Positions 13,529-27,249 of a stretch of DNA of 64,000 nt are shown here, in pieces. This stretch comes from Ramazzottius varieornatus. Taxonomy: Eukaryota > Animalia > Tardigrada. Each line of letters starts with the position of its first letter. Position 1 is the stretch's first letter. The notes under the pieces were generated by a model, which worked only from the letters and a program-made list of their open reading frames with translations, did not search any database and was not told the origin of the DNA. The position numbers and the translations under genes were made by a program. The stretch spans positions 4,001,777 to 4,065,776 of the forward strand of contig BDGG01000004.1 in assembly GCA_001949185.1 (NCBI GenBank), given 5' to 3'.

Positions 13529-14420
13529 GTTCAGAGTTTACTTCCGGGCGGCTCCTCCTCCGAAAATACCTGCATCCAGAAGAGCAATACTAAAGCGATC
13601 AAAAACAATAAAAACAGCAAAACAATCAAACCGTGCCAAACATCTACGAGGAGCACGTTATGATAGTTAATGGACGGCATTTTTTTCTCGCTGAAGGATC
13701 CTCGTCTTCCGTAAACTCACATTACGCTGTTCAACGTGAACACTCAAACCCGAGCAGCTGCCATGCAACATTCTAATTACCTTCTTCGACCGTCCCGTAA
13801 AATGCCTACTGGGGCATGGAGATCGAGGCTCGGACCTCAAAGATCACAAGTGTTAATCAACGCTGTCAACAGCCGGTAGCGTATGGACGCGGCGAGAGAT
13901 GAGAAAGCGATGGGCGACCAATCGATAGCGCATTAGCTGACAACAAAGGACAAGATCAATCATGCAAACATCGAATCTCACGGGATCATATCTTTGTTCC
14001 TGGATTCCTTCGCTCATGTCTCTTCTGTCCAGTTCCTCGATTTAGTATATAAGGAAGCAGTGTTCAACTTGGTTATTCGAGAATCGAGACTTACCTGCTG
14101 CTGAGCGAAGGACGCGACAGGCGAAGATCAACTCGGTTGGCTCATCAGACGATCACCCAGGCAGACGGCAGCTGCTCCCAGTCTTCCACGTCCGTATCGA
14201 ATCGCTTGCGGTACTCGTAACTGTTGGTCACTAGCCAACCGGATTTCGAAGCATATCCATAGGCACACTCTGCCATAGGCTATCGAAGACGACAAGAATC
14301 GATATCACCTCGAGCGGACATCCAGAAAAATAATCAAACAGAATCGCGGTATCGCGATCGCTGCACTAGTGCGATGCTATGCATATGTTATTGTCATGCG
14401 GCTCATGCCATCGAATGTCA

Positions 14421-14630
14421 TACTGTATTCCCTCGATAGTTCTGCGAATCACGTGACTATCCTGGTAAATGTCACCCGGCGGGGCAAAGAAAACATTTAT
14501 ACCTTCAATCAAAGATTACCCGCCAATCAGGTGCAGTGATAGGCGACAATCAAACAATCAGCGATACCAGTGCGGGTTTTATTCACTGGCGTGATGACGT
14601 CGTTCGCAGAACTATCGAGGGAATACAGTA
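14421..14630. mobile_element. Tc1/mariner-type MITE (206 bp) with perfect 26-bp TIRs and TA flanks
   Basis: TA-CTGTATTCCCTCGATAGTTCTGCGAA (14421-14448) and its exact reverse complement TTCGCAGAACTATCGAGGGAATACAG-TA (14603-14630); no ORF inside. Confidence 0.85.
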
Positions 14631-15207
14631 CTCTACTGTCTGTACTCTGTACGTGAGTCTGTGACTGACCAAAAGCTATCTTTAATTGGGTTCATGGATA
14701 TCGATTCCCTCTCGATGAGGATGTGTCGGATTCGTGGCCTTCGTCTGCCTACACAAGAATGTTGTCAGTTTGGAGACTTTATGAAGAGTTTTTACTGTCG
14801 ATTCTACCATCCGTTCAGCCCGCGACAGATGACGTTACCGACCTTGGTTGCAACGGATTGTCGAGGTCCACATGTTCATTTTACTGTAGGACAGGTCAGG
14901 ACTCACAGAAACGCTTGAAAAAATCAAAAGGTAAAATCCCTGAACAAGAAAGTGGAATACTGTGGTGACCGCGCTTAACGTACGACTGTACGAGTACTCA
15001 ACGGAACCAGTAAACCACTCCACATAGGTACATCACAAAACAACAACAACGTCAAACTTGAGAAAATACCTGCTCTCGTCGCTAAAGTAAAAGAAACTAC
15101 TGTACGGTCAATTTTAAAAACAACGAACCGAGTGCGTGCTCTGAAAGCCCACATCAGTCCCCAAAAGTAAGGTTGACTATTCAAACAGGAAAAAATCGTC
15201 AGCTAAC

Positions 15208-18200
15208 TCAGGAAGGAGGAGGCGAAATGGCCTCAAACGTCTTCGGAGGAGGAGGTCGAGTCTGGCTTGCGGACACCGACTTCCGGGTATCGCCAGGCAC
15301 CGCAAAGAAGGATCCGGCCAATGACCCAGCCATCGATGCAGCTATCTGTGCCGGATCCGCTGCCATGGCTGGGTAGGAGGAAACGAAACCAGCCGGGATG
15401 GCTGGCCGAGAAATGAAGCTGGAACCATACGCCTGGGTTCCCCGAGCGTCTTGCTGCATGATACGTGGACCGGCGAAACCAATTTGAGCACCTAAATGAT
15501 ATTTTCATCAATGATATTTTTATCAGTGAGTTGAAAAGATTGTTCTACTGCAACTACCAACTAGAATCGTATTAAACATCCTCAAACTTCCCATATCTGG
15601 GACCTCGGCCAACAAACTCGACGAGATCACTTCCTCAAGCGGCGCATGTTTTTGACATTATTGGCTGAAAGCGTGCGCTATTGAAAGAATATCTTGTCGA
15701 CTTCATTTGCCGGGCCCCCACATTGTCGCAAATTATATGTGGTTGAACCGTACGGAATGTGAATCATACCTGAGGCATCCACGTACGGACCGTTCAAGTA
15801 GTGACTAGAGTAAGGATTAGGAACCATGCCAGGATACACCTGGACAGCGCCAGGATGTATCACTGCACCTGGATACTGTTGAGCAATGGTCATTTGTTCG
15901 GCGGTGAGTGAAGAAGGCTGTATGCTTTGCATCGTGTTGGCCGGGACTTGAGCATTTGGATACGTCGAGGTATGTTGAGCATTGAAGGTAGGTCTACCTT
16001 GAGGTTGTTCTGAGGGATGACGAGGTGAAGGACCACGAAGGTTTCCTTCTTGACGGGCTGGACTAGGTTGGGCTTCCTTCGAAACACTCGACAGGGAGTG
16101 CTCGATCATACGACCTAGAGCGGTCATATAAGAAGGATCACCCGACGCGCTGCCCTGTCTGACTTCGGGTTTTTGAGCGGAAGTAGACTTGATACGGTCT
16201 CGAGGAACAGGTGTGGCGTTCTGAAGACACGGAGGTGTTGCTGAAAGCAGTGCATATTCTCACAACACATTCATTCTGCTTACCTCTCGTGGGTTTTGTG
16301 GAGAGGCAAGCGGCGTGGACCTTACGATAGTGCTCGCAGGTCGGCTGAGGTCCACAGGACGGCCGGAAGAGGACGTGCCGCTTTTACGCTGTTTGGCTTC
16401 ATGGGAAGAGGAGGACATGTGCGATCCCGACGCTGATCGCTGCGACGACGAGTGCCTCTCACCAGAAGATGGAGGGAAGAGGGAGGAGAATCCATTGTGG
16501 AGCCCGCCGTAGACGTCGTGGTGTGATAGCCCGTTGGGTCCCTGGGTGGAGCACGAAACATGGGCAGCTGGTCGGCTGTGCGTCGGTGTTCGGAACATAT
16601 TCGCAGTTCGCAGAGCTTCCACGCCGATCTACCGCGAGAACAAAACTTTGTCAAACAATCGTTCTTGACAATTTCACGAACTAAAAGTACCAAAAGTCTT
16701 ACGGCAGTTGTCTGATGGGTGCTTTCGATCCAGTTCAGGTCATCTTTGAGAGAGCTTTGTCGTTCGCGTAGAGCGTTCATCGTCTGTAACATCTCTTTAC
16801 TCATGTGGCTCAGCTCGGTTGCCGTTCTCGGGAAAGCTATTCCCTTCTAAAGGTAGAAAGCATTGGTTAACATTGCCGGAAGTATGTGAGATAGTACCAC
16901 GAACACAAACCGAGCGAAAGAGGAAGTCGATCTCCTTTTTCGTCTGAACTCGCAAGAGGGAAACCTCCTTCTCGAGCCTTGCCTGAGTTTCTTTCAACTG
17001 TTCAACCTTCAGCTATACAACAAATATCCATCATTACTTGGTCATAAACCAAATACTAGCTAAACTTCATACCTGACCAATCTTCATCTGTTCGGCGACC
17101 TGCGAAGGATAATTTGAGCGCCTTATCACGTCACAGTAACTGCGCATAGCCCCCTTGATTTTTTCTGCAAAGAAAAATATATCCAACACGTTATCAGGAC
17201 AGCGATATCAACTCCACTCACCGAGAACTTCTTGAAAGGCTTGTGGTAGACCATCGTCCAGAGAGCTAAGAAACTCGGGAACACATCCGGGTTGAGTGGA
17301 CCGATCTGCAAGAAAACCAGTGAAGGTCCAAAACTTCTACAAGAACTGCAACAAGACCGGTTTGTTTACCTGTGTCTTTGAAATTACGAACAGTCTGGTT
17401 GAAAAGCACATCCAAGGCTGGGTGTTTACCATTCGATGAGGAGGGAGCGGACCTTGAGAATGATTTTGGTGGGCGACCTCGTCTTCGACGCTTCACTGGT
17501 TGTCTTGGGTTGTTGCTGCTGACTTGCGAGGGAATGGATCGAGTGCGCTCGGTGGAGCTATCGTCTGATGAGTCCGAAGCTCCTTCCTGCGCTCAAGAAA
17601 ACTTTTATCTTCCAAACAAAAGTTACGAATTCTTAAAGCAACAAGGTGTCATGGGACGACAAAACGGGTTATTTGCGTACTTCTCTGTTAGAACTGTCTT
17701 TCAATGCTGGACGTCCTCGTTTGCGGGTCTTTTGCGGTGGTTGACTTCTGGTAACGCGCTTCGGAACTTGGTCGCTCTCTTCATCGACCACCTCCGAGTC
17801 AGACTTCTCGGTTGTCACATTTTGAGACTCGGGCTCTGAGCTCGACTCGTAGTACTTTGGTCGTCCCTTTCGTTGTTCTTCCTCAAACTGCAACTGTGAA
17901 CAGAGAAACACTGTGATCAATAACTCTGACAAAAATCAACTTAATGATACGATAACATACTCGCTTGTTCGAATCACTTCGGGCCTCCAGATACCGGTTA
18001 AGCTATAAAATTAAAAATAATGACCCATATGCACGATGAGGAAGGAAACGCCGTCATTCCCTATGCGCACCATCGTCCGATCAATTTCATGTAGGTAGAA
18101 GGTGACATCCCTTCCAGTCCAGGACATTTTCCCGTTAAACGTTGCGCGCACGGGTAAAACCGCCGAAGGATCTGAAGGAAGTACGACAAGATGAACAAAG

Positions 18201-19918
18201 CTTGTTTCGGTACAATAAATCTAACACCGCACCATACTCTGCCATACGCAAACGGACTTCAGAAAGCTGCCCTACCTGATACTGTCTTTTCCGTGATTCG
18301 AAACTTTTCGTCCGTCAGGCTTTTGGAGACCAAAATTTTAACCTCTGAAAACCAACAAGTCCAGTTACAAGAATCTTCAACCGTTACAAGTGAGCAGCCT
18401 CTTGAGTCGCGGCCTACTTTCGGGTAAGTCGGCAAAGATGTTCTTGAGCTTCAGATCGAGCTGTACTTCAAAAGCGAAATTGTTGCAGAAGATAATACTA
18501 AAAAGAAGACACATCCATTACCCAATTGTCGATAAGAACAAGGATAAATTAGTTCGTTGCCGTACCTTGATTCTCTTATCACATTGACGTGGTCCAGGAA
18601 GTCACCGGTTATGAGCTGCGCACCAAAACATTCAAATGCCCGAGATCTGCCAAGAAAATTACGTAGGAGAGCGAGGAAAGTACGCGCACCTTGAAGTCTC
18701 CATGTTTTTTCCCCATCCAGTTCATAACTGAGCGAAACTCTTTTCCCATGCCCTTCGCGAACCCTCCGCGAGTGTTAACAATCTCAATGCCGTATGCTTT
18801 CTTGCAACAACACATTGCTGCCGCCTGTAATACTACTTTGCCGACACCACTGCCGAGGTCCAGGAAAACATCGTCTTCGCCGATGTTGAGCTTGCCGATC
18901 ACTTCGTTCGCGAACTCGAAAGTCGTTTCACCATACGTCTGGAAAACCAAAACGTCAGCTCGCGCGCTCAAAAGTAGCTCATTTGAGAAACTTACCTCCG
19001 ACGACCAAGCTTCATAATCGTTCTACAGCAAGAATCAATTTAGCAAACTTCCCCAGAAGACTGGAACAGCAGTCACTGCATCATGACTACGACTTACCAG
19101 CTTATCGACCTTGTCAATAATTCTGTCGTAAATCATAGCCAGGACAAACTCCAAGTCTTCCGTGGAGATCTTCGTCAATTCCACAGGTTCCGCTGGTTTC
19201 TGCAACACACGCCGGGCATTGTTTGTACATAATTTCAGACGAATGGTTTTCAGGCTACCTCTACATTGCTGGTGACAGCCTCCTCGTACACCTTCACGAG
19301 TTCCTCCATTCCTTCGACCCTGCAATTACAAAGCAGCAGCTAAGGAGACGTCCATTCGATCGGTCACGACTGCAAAGTTATTGCCGTATGTACGTACAGG
19401 TCGCTTGGTCTTTCCTTTCCCTTCCACGCTACCAACGAGGTCTGGAAAGCCGACGACGCTTTCTCGAACGGTGCTAAGCTTGTCCTGCAAACGGTACAGC
19501 TTGTTATGTCACAGACTACATATATATGTTTGCACGGCGTATATCTTCCGTTCTACGATATGCGCGGACGTCGGAGGACAAACACAAAAACCACCCACCG
19601 AAGAAGCTCTTCCACTCGCGCGTAAGTCTTTTCCGCGTGACGCTGCAAAGAGAAACAAGAGGTTATTACGTATGAGATGATCCCGGGTAAGATGAAGATG
19701 ATCAGATATATATACGAAACATGCATCGACCGTAGTCAGTGCAACAACATCTCCGAAAAAGCACTGCGGAGCCCCAGCACCGCGATCCTTCGTCTTCTTA
19801 CCTTATGCATCTCCTCTCGAACAAAGTAGTAGCGCAGAGGAGGCCGGTAGCACGGGCTGATGATGTCCACGAAGTTCGAAGGATCCTTAGGCTTATGCAT
19901 CTCGTTAAAAGATGTCAT
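15208..19918 (-). CDS. DOT1L: Histone H3K79 methyltransferase DOT1L (grappa-like), multi-exon
   Basis: Spliced motifs: YEAWSSETYGETT, VFLDLGSGVGKVVLQAAA, AYGIEI, GDFLD, IIFCNNFAF, MSWTGRDVTFYLHEIDRT. Followed by AT-hook-like RKRGRP and RRRGRPPK, a coiled coil and a disordered tail. Start at 19918 is inferred. Confidence 0.93.
15598..15720. mobile_element. Palindromic MITE-like family A, copy 1 (DOT1L intron)
   Basis: tgggacctcggccaacaaactcgacgagatc...caagcggcgcatg...cgtgcgctattg...atcttgtcgacttcatttgccgggccccca. Confidence 0.75.
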
Positions 19919-20461
19919 TTCTCGGATGCTATCGAGCTGTGCGCCTTCCAAGTTGCAATACTGTTGTAGATCCCCTTCTCGCAATCTGCACTCAGCCTCA
20001 CTCCACCTCGGACCACAAAGATGATTCACAGGTTATCGTCCATTATACTTTTGCTTCTTATGAAAAATAAACATCGGCAGGTCTTATCTACGGAAAAATA
20101 AAAACAAGAGAAAAATTGTGCGAAAAATAAAGTGGGATTAATGAAATAACTAGGTCATTGGCCGGCACATCAATCAAACAACGGTACATTCGTGTGATCC
20201 AATCAACTTGAAGCCTTCAATCAAGCCTTCGGGATGAAGAAGTCAGAAGGACGAGAGCACAGAAAGGCGGGGCTCCGACATGGAAGACAGGCCAGCCGCC
20301 TCCGCTCCGCAAGACCGCTGCGGGTTGCGATAGAGAAAATGAATGAATAAATTAATTAACGGTTATAAAAGTAGTTAAACTCAACAGGTGCCCCCGAAGA
20401 ATTTCCAGTTCTTCGGCTCAAACTGTTTGCACATTCTGTTTCCCCACGACGGTTTCATCAG

Positions 20462-21483
20462 ATGTCAAGTCTAACAGCTCAGGATTGGGTAAGTCATTGG
20501 ACTGGATGTTTGACAACAGATGGAGTGCATCGTTGAAGCGATTTCGAAGTTCATTCCATCAAGCAATTTGTGTTTTGTGCTGCAGGTGCGGTTTCGATGT
20601 GTCTGTTCAAACTACTTGTTCTTTTAGGTTATGATGATTTCTTACAGATGTGGAAGATGGAAGATCAAGTCGGAGCTGATGGAAGGGACGATTGTTTTGC
20701 ATCAGGTACAAATCTGGATGAAGGTGGCCCGACAAAAGTACTTTGCACAGGTGCGTTTTGTACCTAATGGCGCGCCAGCGGCACGTGATCCTACACTGTT
20801 TTCCAGGTCCGAGCAAGTTTCGAAACTCATCAAAGCACCTTTACAACCGGATGATTCCCACAAACCACTGGGTAAGTCTTCTGCTCCTTCGTTTACGTTT
20901 TGCATGTCCTCCAAACCCTGCACCTTGCAATTTCAACATGGAGGAACCGCTGGGCGGAATGTTCGAGGATCGGGAAATTCAAAGGCACTTTAGATTTTCG
21001 AGAGCATGTCTTGCGTGGGTAGAGGTTATAGTCGTGTGATTGTAACTTTCATGACTAGATCTTTACTCATCCAAGCAACTCACAATCCGTCTCCCACGTT
21101 TGAGAAACGCAGAGAAACAGAACGGACGGTGCAACCATACTGGCGAACTCTGTTAACTTTTCCAGAACAACCGCGGGTCCTGCGAAAACTATGCAACAGG
21201 GCTACTACTAGGTGGAAGACGTCTGGCGTATTGTGCAAGGACGGCCACATCTGGAAGCACGTCCTCGTACAGTTCTTTGCTATTGTCTTTGCAGGCGATT
21301 CAGGAAGCGAATCAGAGACTTGTGAAATGGGATGGCCGGGTTTGTGGGTTTCTCGTCTGTGATACCATTCGCTTCGTTTCAATTAGTAACAAAGGAATAA
21401 AGGCTGTCCTGCTTGTACTTACAGGCAATCTATTGCGGAAAGGAACATCACTAGGACACCGAGACGGACCTGCGACCTACTGA
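20462..21483 (+). CDS. Candidate small multi-exon orphan gene, divergent from DOT1L; weak resemblance to the C4orf45/DUF4562 family
   Basis: Strong donors (GTAAGT at 20489 and 20872) and phase-compatible exons: MSSLTAQDW|MWKMEDQ...KVLCT|GPSKFRNSSKHLYNRMIPTNHW|...GDSGSESETCEMGWP|GNLLRKGTSLGHRDGPATY*. Middle exons are uncertain. Confidence 0.35.
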
Positions 21484-21549
21484 CCAACGACACGCGGATG
21501 TTTCGTACACTGGAGGGTCGTGACGAACTGGATTCCAGGTTAGTCGTAC

Positions 21550-24500
21550 GTCGCAGTAGGATCTTGGTCTCTTGTGGGCTTTGTTCGACCGCTCCCATTC
21601 TGTGAGCTTGATGGAACGGCGGATCACGTGAACGGAGGGCAGTGGGTTCTTCCTTCTGGTCTCCCACCGCTGTTTGGGCTGTTGGTTCCTTGTTCCGGTC
21701 TTCTCGGACCGTCAGGCTTCGGCGCTTCAGTTGTCATTAGCAAAGTACTCGAAGTACTCCCAGACTCAAGCCTGTCTTTTAGCGTGAAAGCTCGAGAGGC
21801 ACAGGATTACTAATGGCAATAGCTGTCAAAGGAAAATGTCGCTGTCATTCGGAGTTTCTTCGTAACATGATAGCCATGAATTCTTTGACGCGCAAATACG
21901 ATTAGAACGGAACGAGGCATGTTGCTCTTGGCCGTCAAGGGACTGTGATGTACGCTTCTTTCTACTTTAGCCTGGTTACTTGAAAGTCTCCAAGGTTTGC
22001 TGTCGTCCTGTCCGTTTTTCCGGTCCCGCATGCGGTACATCAGGTCTCAGTCATCTCACTAAGTCTAGAAGTTTTGAACGTTGAACGTTTTGCTTCTGTA
22101 ACGCCGAGTAAATTGGTGCTGTCAGAGACATCAGCTACGACTGTGTGATTTCTTCTGAGATCATTGGAAATCTTCCCAAACGTATCATCTTGATTTGGGG
22201 CTTTCTGCTTAACTAAACAAGTCGGACGTATCTTCTCTGTGGTCGAAACCTGTTATTGAGGCGTTGTTTTTTATTCTTGAAAGGAGATACGGGAATCAGA
22301 AGCTCAGATGACATGACGAGTAAGACTTTGAGCGACTATTTTTTGCGTCAGCAACGTCAGGGTGTCAGGATGTCAAGCGGTAATTACCAACGCGAGAATA
22401 CAGGTTCTCAAAGTAGCACCAAAGGGAGCTAATGTTCCATCCCTCTTGCATTTGCAGTCATCAATAAAAGCAATGTCTGTGTGCATTTTGCATAATAGAT
22501 GAATTGAGGCTGAAGCTTCAATGCAATGTCCTTTCCAGCAGGGCGGCCAGCTGTAGACTTTTCTGGAGTGAGCGGGATCGTCCTTCATGTACAGGACGGA
22601 TGTGGGCTACAAACCAGCTCTTGTGTGGAACTATATTGTCAAAGGTCCGGAAGTCAACTATTGAATGTTTGGTAGGCTTTCTTCTTCTATCTTTCTGTCC
22701 GCTCTCCCTGTCTTTTCCAGCATCCTTTGCTCTCCAAAAATTGACGTGTCTACAGTTACGTCTGATACATTTCAAGGGTAGGGAACACTGACGTCAGTCC
22801 GTCCCTTGATTTCCAGGGATGTCGAGCACTTGTGGACCAGTGAGACTGTTTTGGCACATGGTGCGTTCAGGGTCCGTATGGTGACACACAGCTGAAGTTC
22901 CTCGAGGTCCTTCGGCAATTTGGTGTTCCTGGAAACTCTTATGTCCGTCGTCCCGGTGGGACCTTGTTGTGTAACACGATGGTTGGGCAAAGTTTGTTCA
23001 AGTGATGCATGTTTTGTCTTGGGGTAGAACCTACTAGGGGGGAAAAGGCAGAGTGACGACAAGGGCCGAGGCAGGGCAAAATTCGTGGATGACTGCCGTG
23101 TCGACGTCTACAGCGACGCTTTTCCAGTCTTTGATATTTCTTGCGCGATGATTGATAGATCCTCCTTCTCTCTTTCAGTGCGATAGTTGGAAGAGTTTGT
23201 CAGCGCGGACCGATTGAGGCTGCATGGATGAGTACATGGCGGGCGTACTGGAAGTCGCAAACTTAGGCAGAAGAGCTAATATGTGTATAGAGCTAATGTA
23301 TACGGACATCCCAATCTGAAAATCCCGGCCAGCGGAAGCGGCCTGCTGTTTCTCACTCCTATGTCGCCTCCCTCAACTGGGCCGCGTACTAGCCTTATGC
23401 AGTGTACATCGCCAGAAAGCTCCTCTTAACTAAGATTCGGTACTGGTGTTGTCCTTCGGATATTTCCACGCGCTGTATACTCTGCCTCGGGCCTAATCGT
23501 ACTCCTCGAGAAAATTTATCGAAGCACGCGTTCTCGCCTTGTTTTATCCCTCTTCTTGGTGACAGTATCGCGTCCGCAGCTTGTGAATTACGCTTGTCTA
23601 AATTTCCATATTGTCTTGGATTGCAGCGAAATCGTCTGACGTAGGTATGACATTTGCTCAGAATATTCGAACTTCCTGTCCCTTGACTTGCCGGCACTTG
23701 GGAGAAACCCGCTATAAACTGACAGCTTATGATCCGCTGACTATTGATATTGCCTCTGCTGAATTCCAATCAGCCTTCTCATTTGACGGAGGTCTTAACC
23801 TTTATGCGCCCCTACGACTTCTTATTTTACAACTTAATTGCTCCCAGTAGGAATATAAACTTGCTTCCCAGCACTGACGTTTTTGCGTCGCGCCTTGACC
23901 TGTTTGGTAAGAGTGCAAATTTCGCTTTCGATGAAGCCGAACTGTTTCTCCTGTTCGGTTCAACCTTACCATAGAGCTCCCGTTCTTCTGGAAATATCCA
24001 CTTTTATTCAGAATTCTGCGGTCAAGAGGAGAACTGAAAGCTGGGTGGAAGCTGTGGGTTGCTCGAGGAAGTGATCAGGCTGAAGGTTCCTATCATGTTC
24101 ATCGTTCATGTGAATCGTGAAGTACCGTGTATCCCGCCAGAAATCAGAAACACGCAAGATCGATCGATCTGTCAAAGTATTATGCGGTTTTGACTTGCTT
24201 GGGAAAGCTGGATAATTACTTGTGCATCCTCGTTGCATGCTTTGGCCACCGACTGCTGACCAGTTGCTGGGTTAGTGACATATGTACGATGGTGCTGAAA
24301 TCGAGTGGTCTGGTTTTACATGGTATGGTTTCAATTAAGGAGCTCTGCAGTTCTTGGATATGCAATGCGTAGTCATTACGCGATCGATAGGAGGTCACGT
24401 AACTCTCACATGCCGCTGATGAAGTGCGCAACAGTTAAGGCCGGGCATTAGCTCTCCCTTTTTAATGACTTTGGGGAGATAACGAGGAATGTTTGTTAGA

Positions 24501-27000
24501 TAATGACAAGTTTGGTCAAATGATGGTTGGGTAAGATTGAACGAAATTGCGATGGAGGCAGGAAGCTGCTTTGGCCGAATCGATGGAGATTTGTTTGGCC
24601 AAATGATGATTGCCGTGCGATTACGGCGGTATCTGGGGACCCAACCAAAGACATCTGATGTTGAATTCTTTCAGTATTTCTAATCCAACCTATAGGGAGA
24701 GATATGGGAGCTGGGCAAATGAACTGATCCAGACTTTTTTCCCAAGTGATGCACGCTTATAGCCAATAAGAATGAGATCGTGCGCTACTGTGGACATCAA
24801 TCTGGCTAAATTCATTTGCCCAGCTTCCATATTGCTATGGAGCCGGGCATCAGGGATGAAAGATGAGATAGCTTAGACTGTATTGGGACACAAGGTGTCA
24901 CAAAGCTCATTTTGGCCGGGTTAACGTTGGGTCCTCGGGTAATCTATCATCACACGACAGTGTTGGCACCCGAAACAAGATTGGCAATTACCCGCCGTTC
25001 CTTGACTTTGCTGGTATTCTGTATACTGTCACCATCACCCAGCCGCAGGTCAAATGTTGTTCTGAAGAACTGTTTCTTCTTTCGAGTGTCACGTCTGTGA
25101 TGGCACAAGTGCGAAAACACGCGCCAACGTTACGCCCAACGGGCTCTTCCGCATCTTGTTTTGCATGAGAGGTCTTCGCTGGCGTAACTTGAGAGGACTT
25201 TGCTTCTGTCATCGCTCTGATGGAACGCCACAGTACTGTGTGAATTTCGAGGGTTGTCCACGACCTTCTTTCTGGACAAATTTGTTTAGTTCGTTGTTTG
25301 AGAGTCGCTTGTTGTCAGTGAAATGCTCAGGCCCTCACGACACAGAAATCAGATTTCGCCAAACGGAATTGAAAAATAGTCTACAATAAGTTTGCTTCAG
25401 TTATGAACGAATTATGGAGTTCAGTCCTGTTAGATTCTATGGCCGGGTTCCGCGACCTGTCAACAAACAAATTAGCTATGCTAATGGTTTCATGGGGGTG
25501 AAGAAGTCTAACAAAAATGCGCGAGCTTGCTGGGAGAATGGTGAATCGCTGATGATAGTTCAAGTTCAATGGTGGTTGGAGCAGCCTGCACAGCCACAAG
25601 CTGATTCCATTAAAATGATCGTTTTGCGTCGGCAGTTAAAGCAACATCTGGGAGATTGATCTTTGGCAAAGGCGATTTGGGGAACACGATAGCATGTCGG
25701 TCTCTATCCATGGCCTTAACTGGTACTGCGCGCTTTACGAGCCCGTATCTTTCATATGCATGTCGTACAGTACTGTGCATCCGGGTCCCATTTGAGTTCA
25801 TGTCTTGTTCAAACCTGACTTCATTCTTTTTTTGTTTATTTTGAGCATGCCAATTGTCAAGGAAAGAACCAGCAGCCTTCTCGTGCGGTGTACGGGAAAA
25901 TCGACAAAATTTAATTGAGGCCTTCACAAGCCTGCATACTTCCGTACGACAACATATGTACGGTGCGCTGTACGCAGGTACATGACGTAGCGGTATTCTT
26001 GTTCTTGCTGACTTTCCCCCCACAATGACGGATGTCTCTTACTCGATAACAATCACTTCATCGGGGTTCAGAGTTTCTTGACAATCTTCACCACACTGTG
26101 GCATCTAAGGGATCACCATACAAAATGACTGAAGCTCGAACCCGGAAGAAGGCCTCTGGCTTGGTGCATGGGTTCTGTGCTTCGTGGAACTTCATCCAGA
26201 AAGTTCAGATTATCCAGAATAGCTGATGTAGTACTATGGTAGGATGTGAAGGGAACAAGCTGAGGCCCTAATCTCATTTCTGAGATGATAGAATGGGAGT
26301 AATGGGATAAACACTTGGACTGTTAAAGGAGCACCACTCCTATCATCTAAGCCTATTCATGCCTTCGAAATCCATGCGCTCAGTCTTTCTTCGGGACGCC
26401 TTTACGGCCAAACCGAGAGTCTAGTAACCAAAACCGTCGTCAACATTCCATGATGATTACAGTAACATATATGTCATCTGAATTCACCAGAAACTTTAAC
26501 TCGGTTATCTTCCTTGTCAATAAACGATGATCAGTATGGAAGACCAGTTTGAAAAACATGAATTAATATTGTTGTCGAATCCCTGCGCTCGTTTTTTTTC
26601 AAGGATACAATGTCGGCCATTGTACTGTGTATTGCTGTAATTACCCAGAACGGTCTAAACGGTTTGATGGAGACACGAAGTCTTGTCAGCCGGTCACGCT
26701 GTGTTGAGTTCGAATGTTTGTGGGACGTTACTGGTGTTCGCCATAACCGCCTGTATAACTGCAAGAACCAAGAGAGCTAGCTCTCCATGGTACGAACGAG
26801 CAGTGTATACAAGGATGTCATGCCGTACTCTAGCTTATGTCTTTCTCCTCTCTTAACGTTGAACAGTACAGAATGAAATCACAGAGCACCACAAGCGAAT
26901 ATGTCAGACGTCCAGGAAGCAATTCATGTGGCATTTGGCTCACGGGAGGCAGCGACTCGAACTTGTCGCGGGGTTATGCGTGTTCTGCTTTTGACATTCT
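21550..27000 (-). pseudogene. Possible decayed long coding sequence (protein-like fragments broken by stops and frameshifts)
   Basis: The minus strand is purine-rich and yields runs such as MPQCGEDCQETLNPDEVIVIE*ETSVIVGGKSART... and KQKAPNQDDTFGKISNDLRRNHTVVADVSDSTNLLGVTEAKRSTFKTSRLSEMTET*. No recognisable domain. Confidence 0.25.
24689..24840. mobile_element. MITE-like inverted-repeat element (family B)
   Basis: ATATGGGAGCTGGGCAAATGAA (24702-24723) versus TTCATTTGCCCAGCTTCCATAT (24811-24832): 21/22 inverted match, with CTATAG/CTATGG outer ends. Confidence 0.65.
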
Positions 27001-27122
27001 GAATCAGTATAGATGAACCGGTTCCGGTGGTACCGCAATCTGAGCTCGTATTCTTATTCAACTCAGGTAGTTAGAATTCTGTGACTGGTACTTCTGTCCA
27101 CAGCCACAGGTCATTATGACTC

Positions 27123-27249
27123 AGGAGATGCGCAAATGTCACCGGATGCGAATGTTTTTTTCCCAGTGGCGCGGGCTGTCAGCCAACAACAGTAAAAACG
27201 TGCGTCACTTGAAGTAGCACCCTAGTTCAATTCAGTTGCTCACGTCCCA
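27123..27249. mobile_element. Palindromic MITE-like family A, copy 2 (degenerate, intergenic)
   Basis: cccagtggcgcgggctgtcagccaacaacagtaaaaacgtgcgtcacttg...cacgtccca. Confidence 0.6.
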
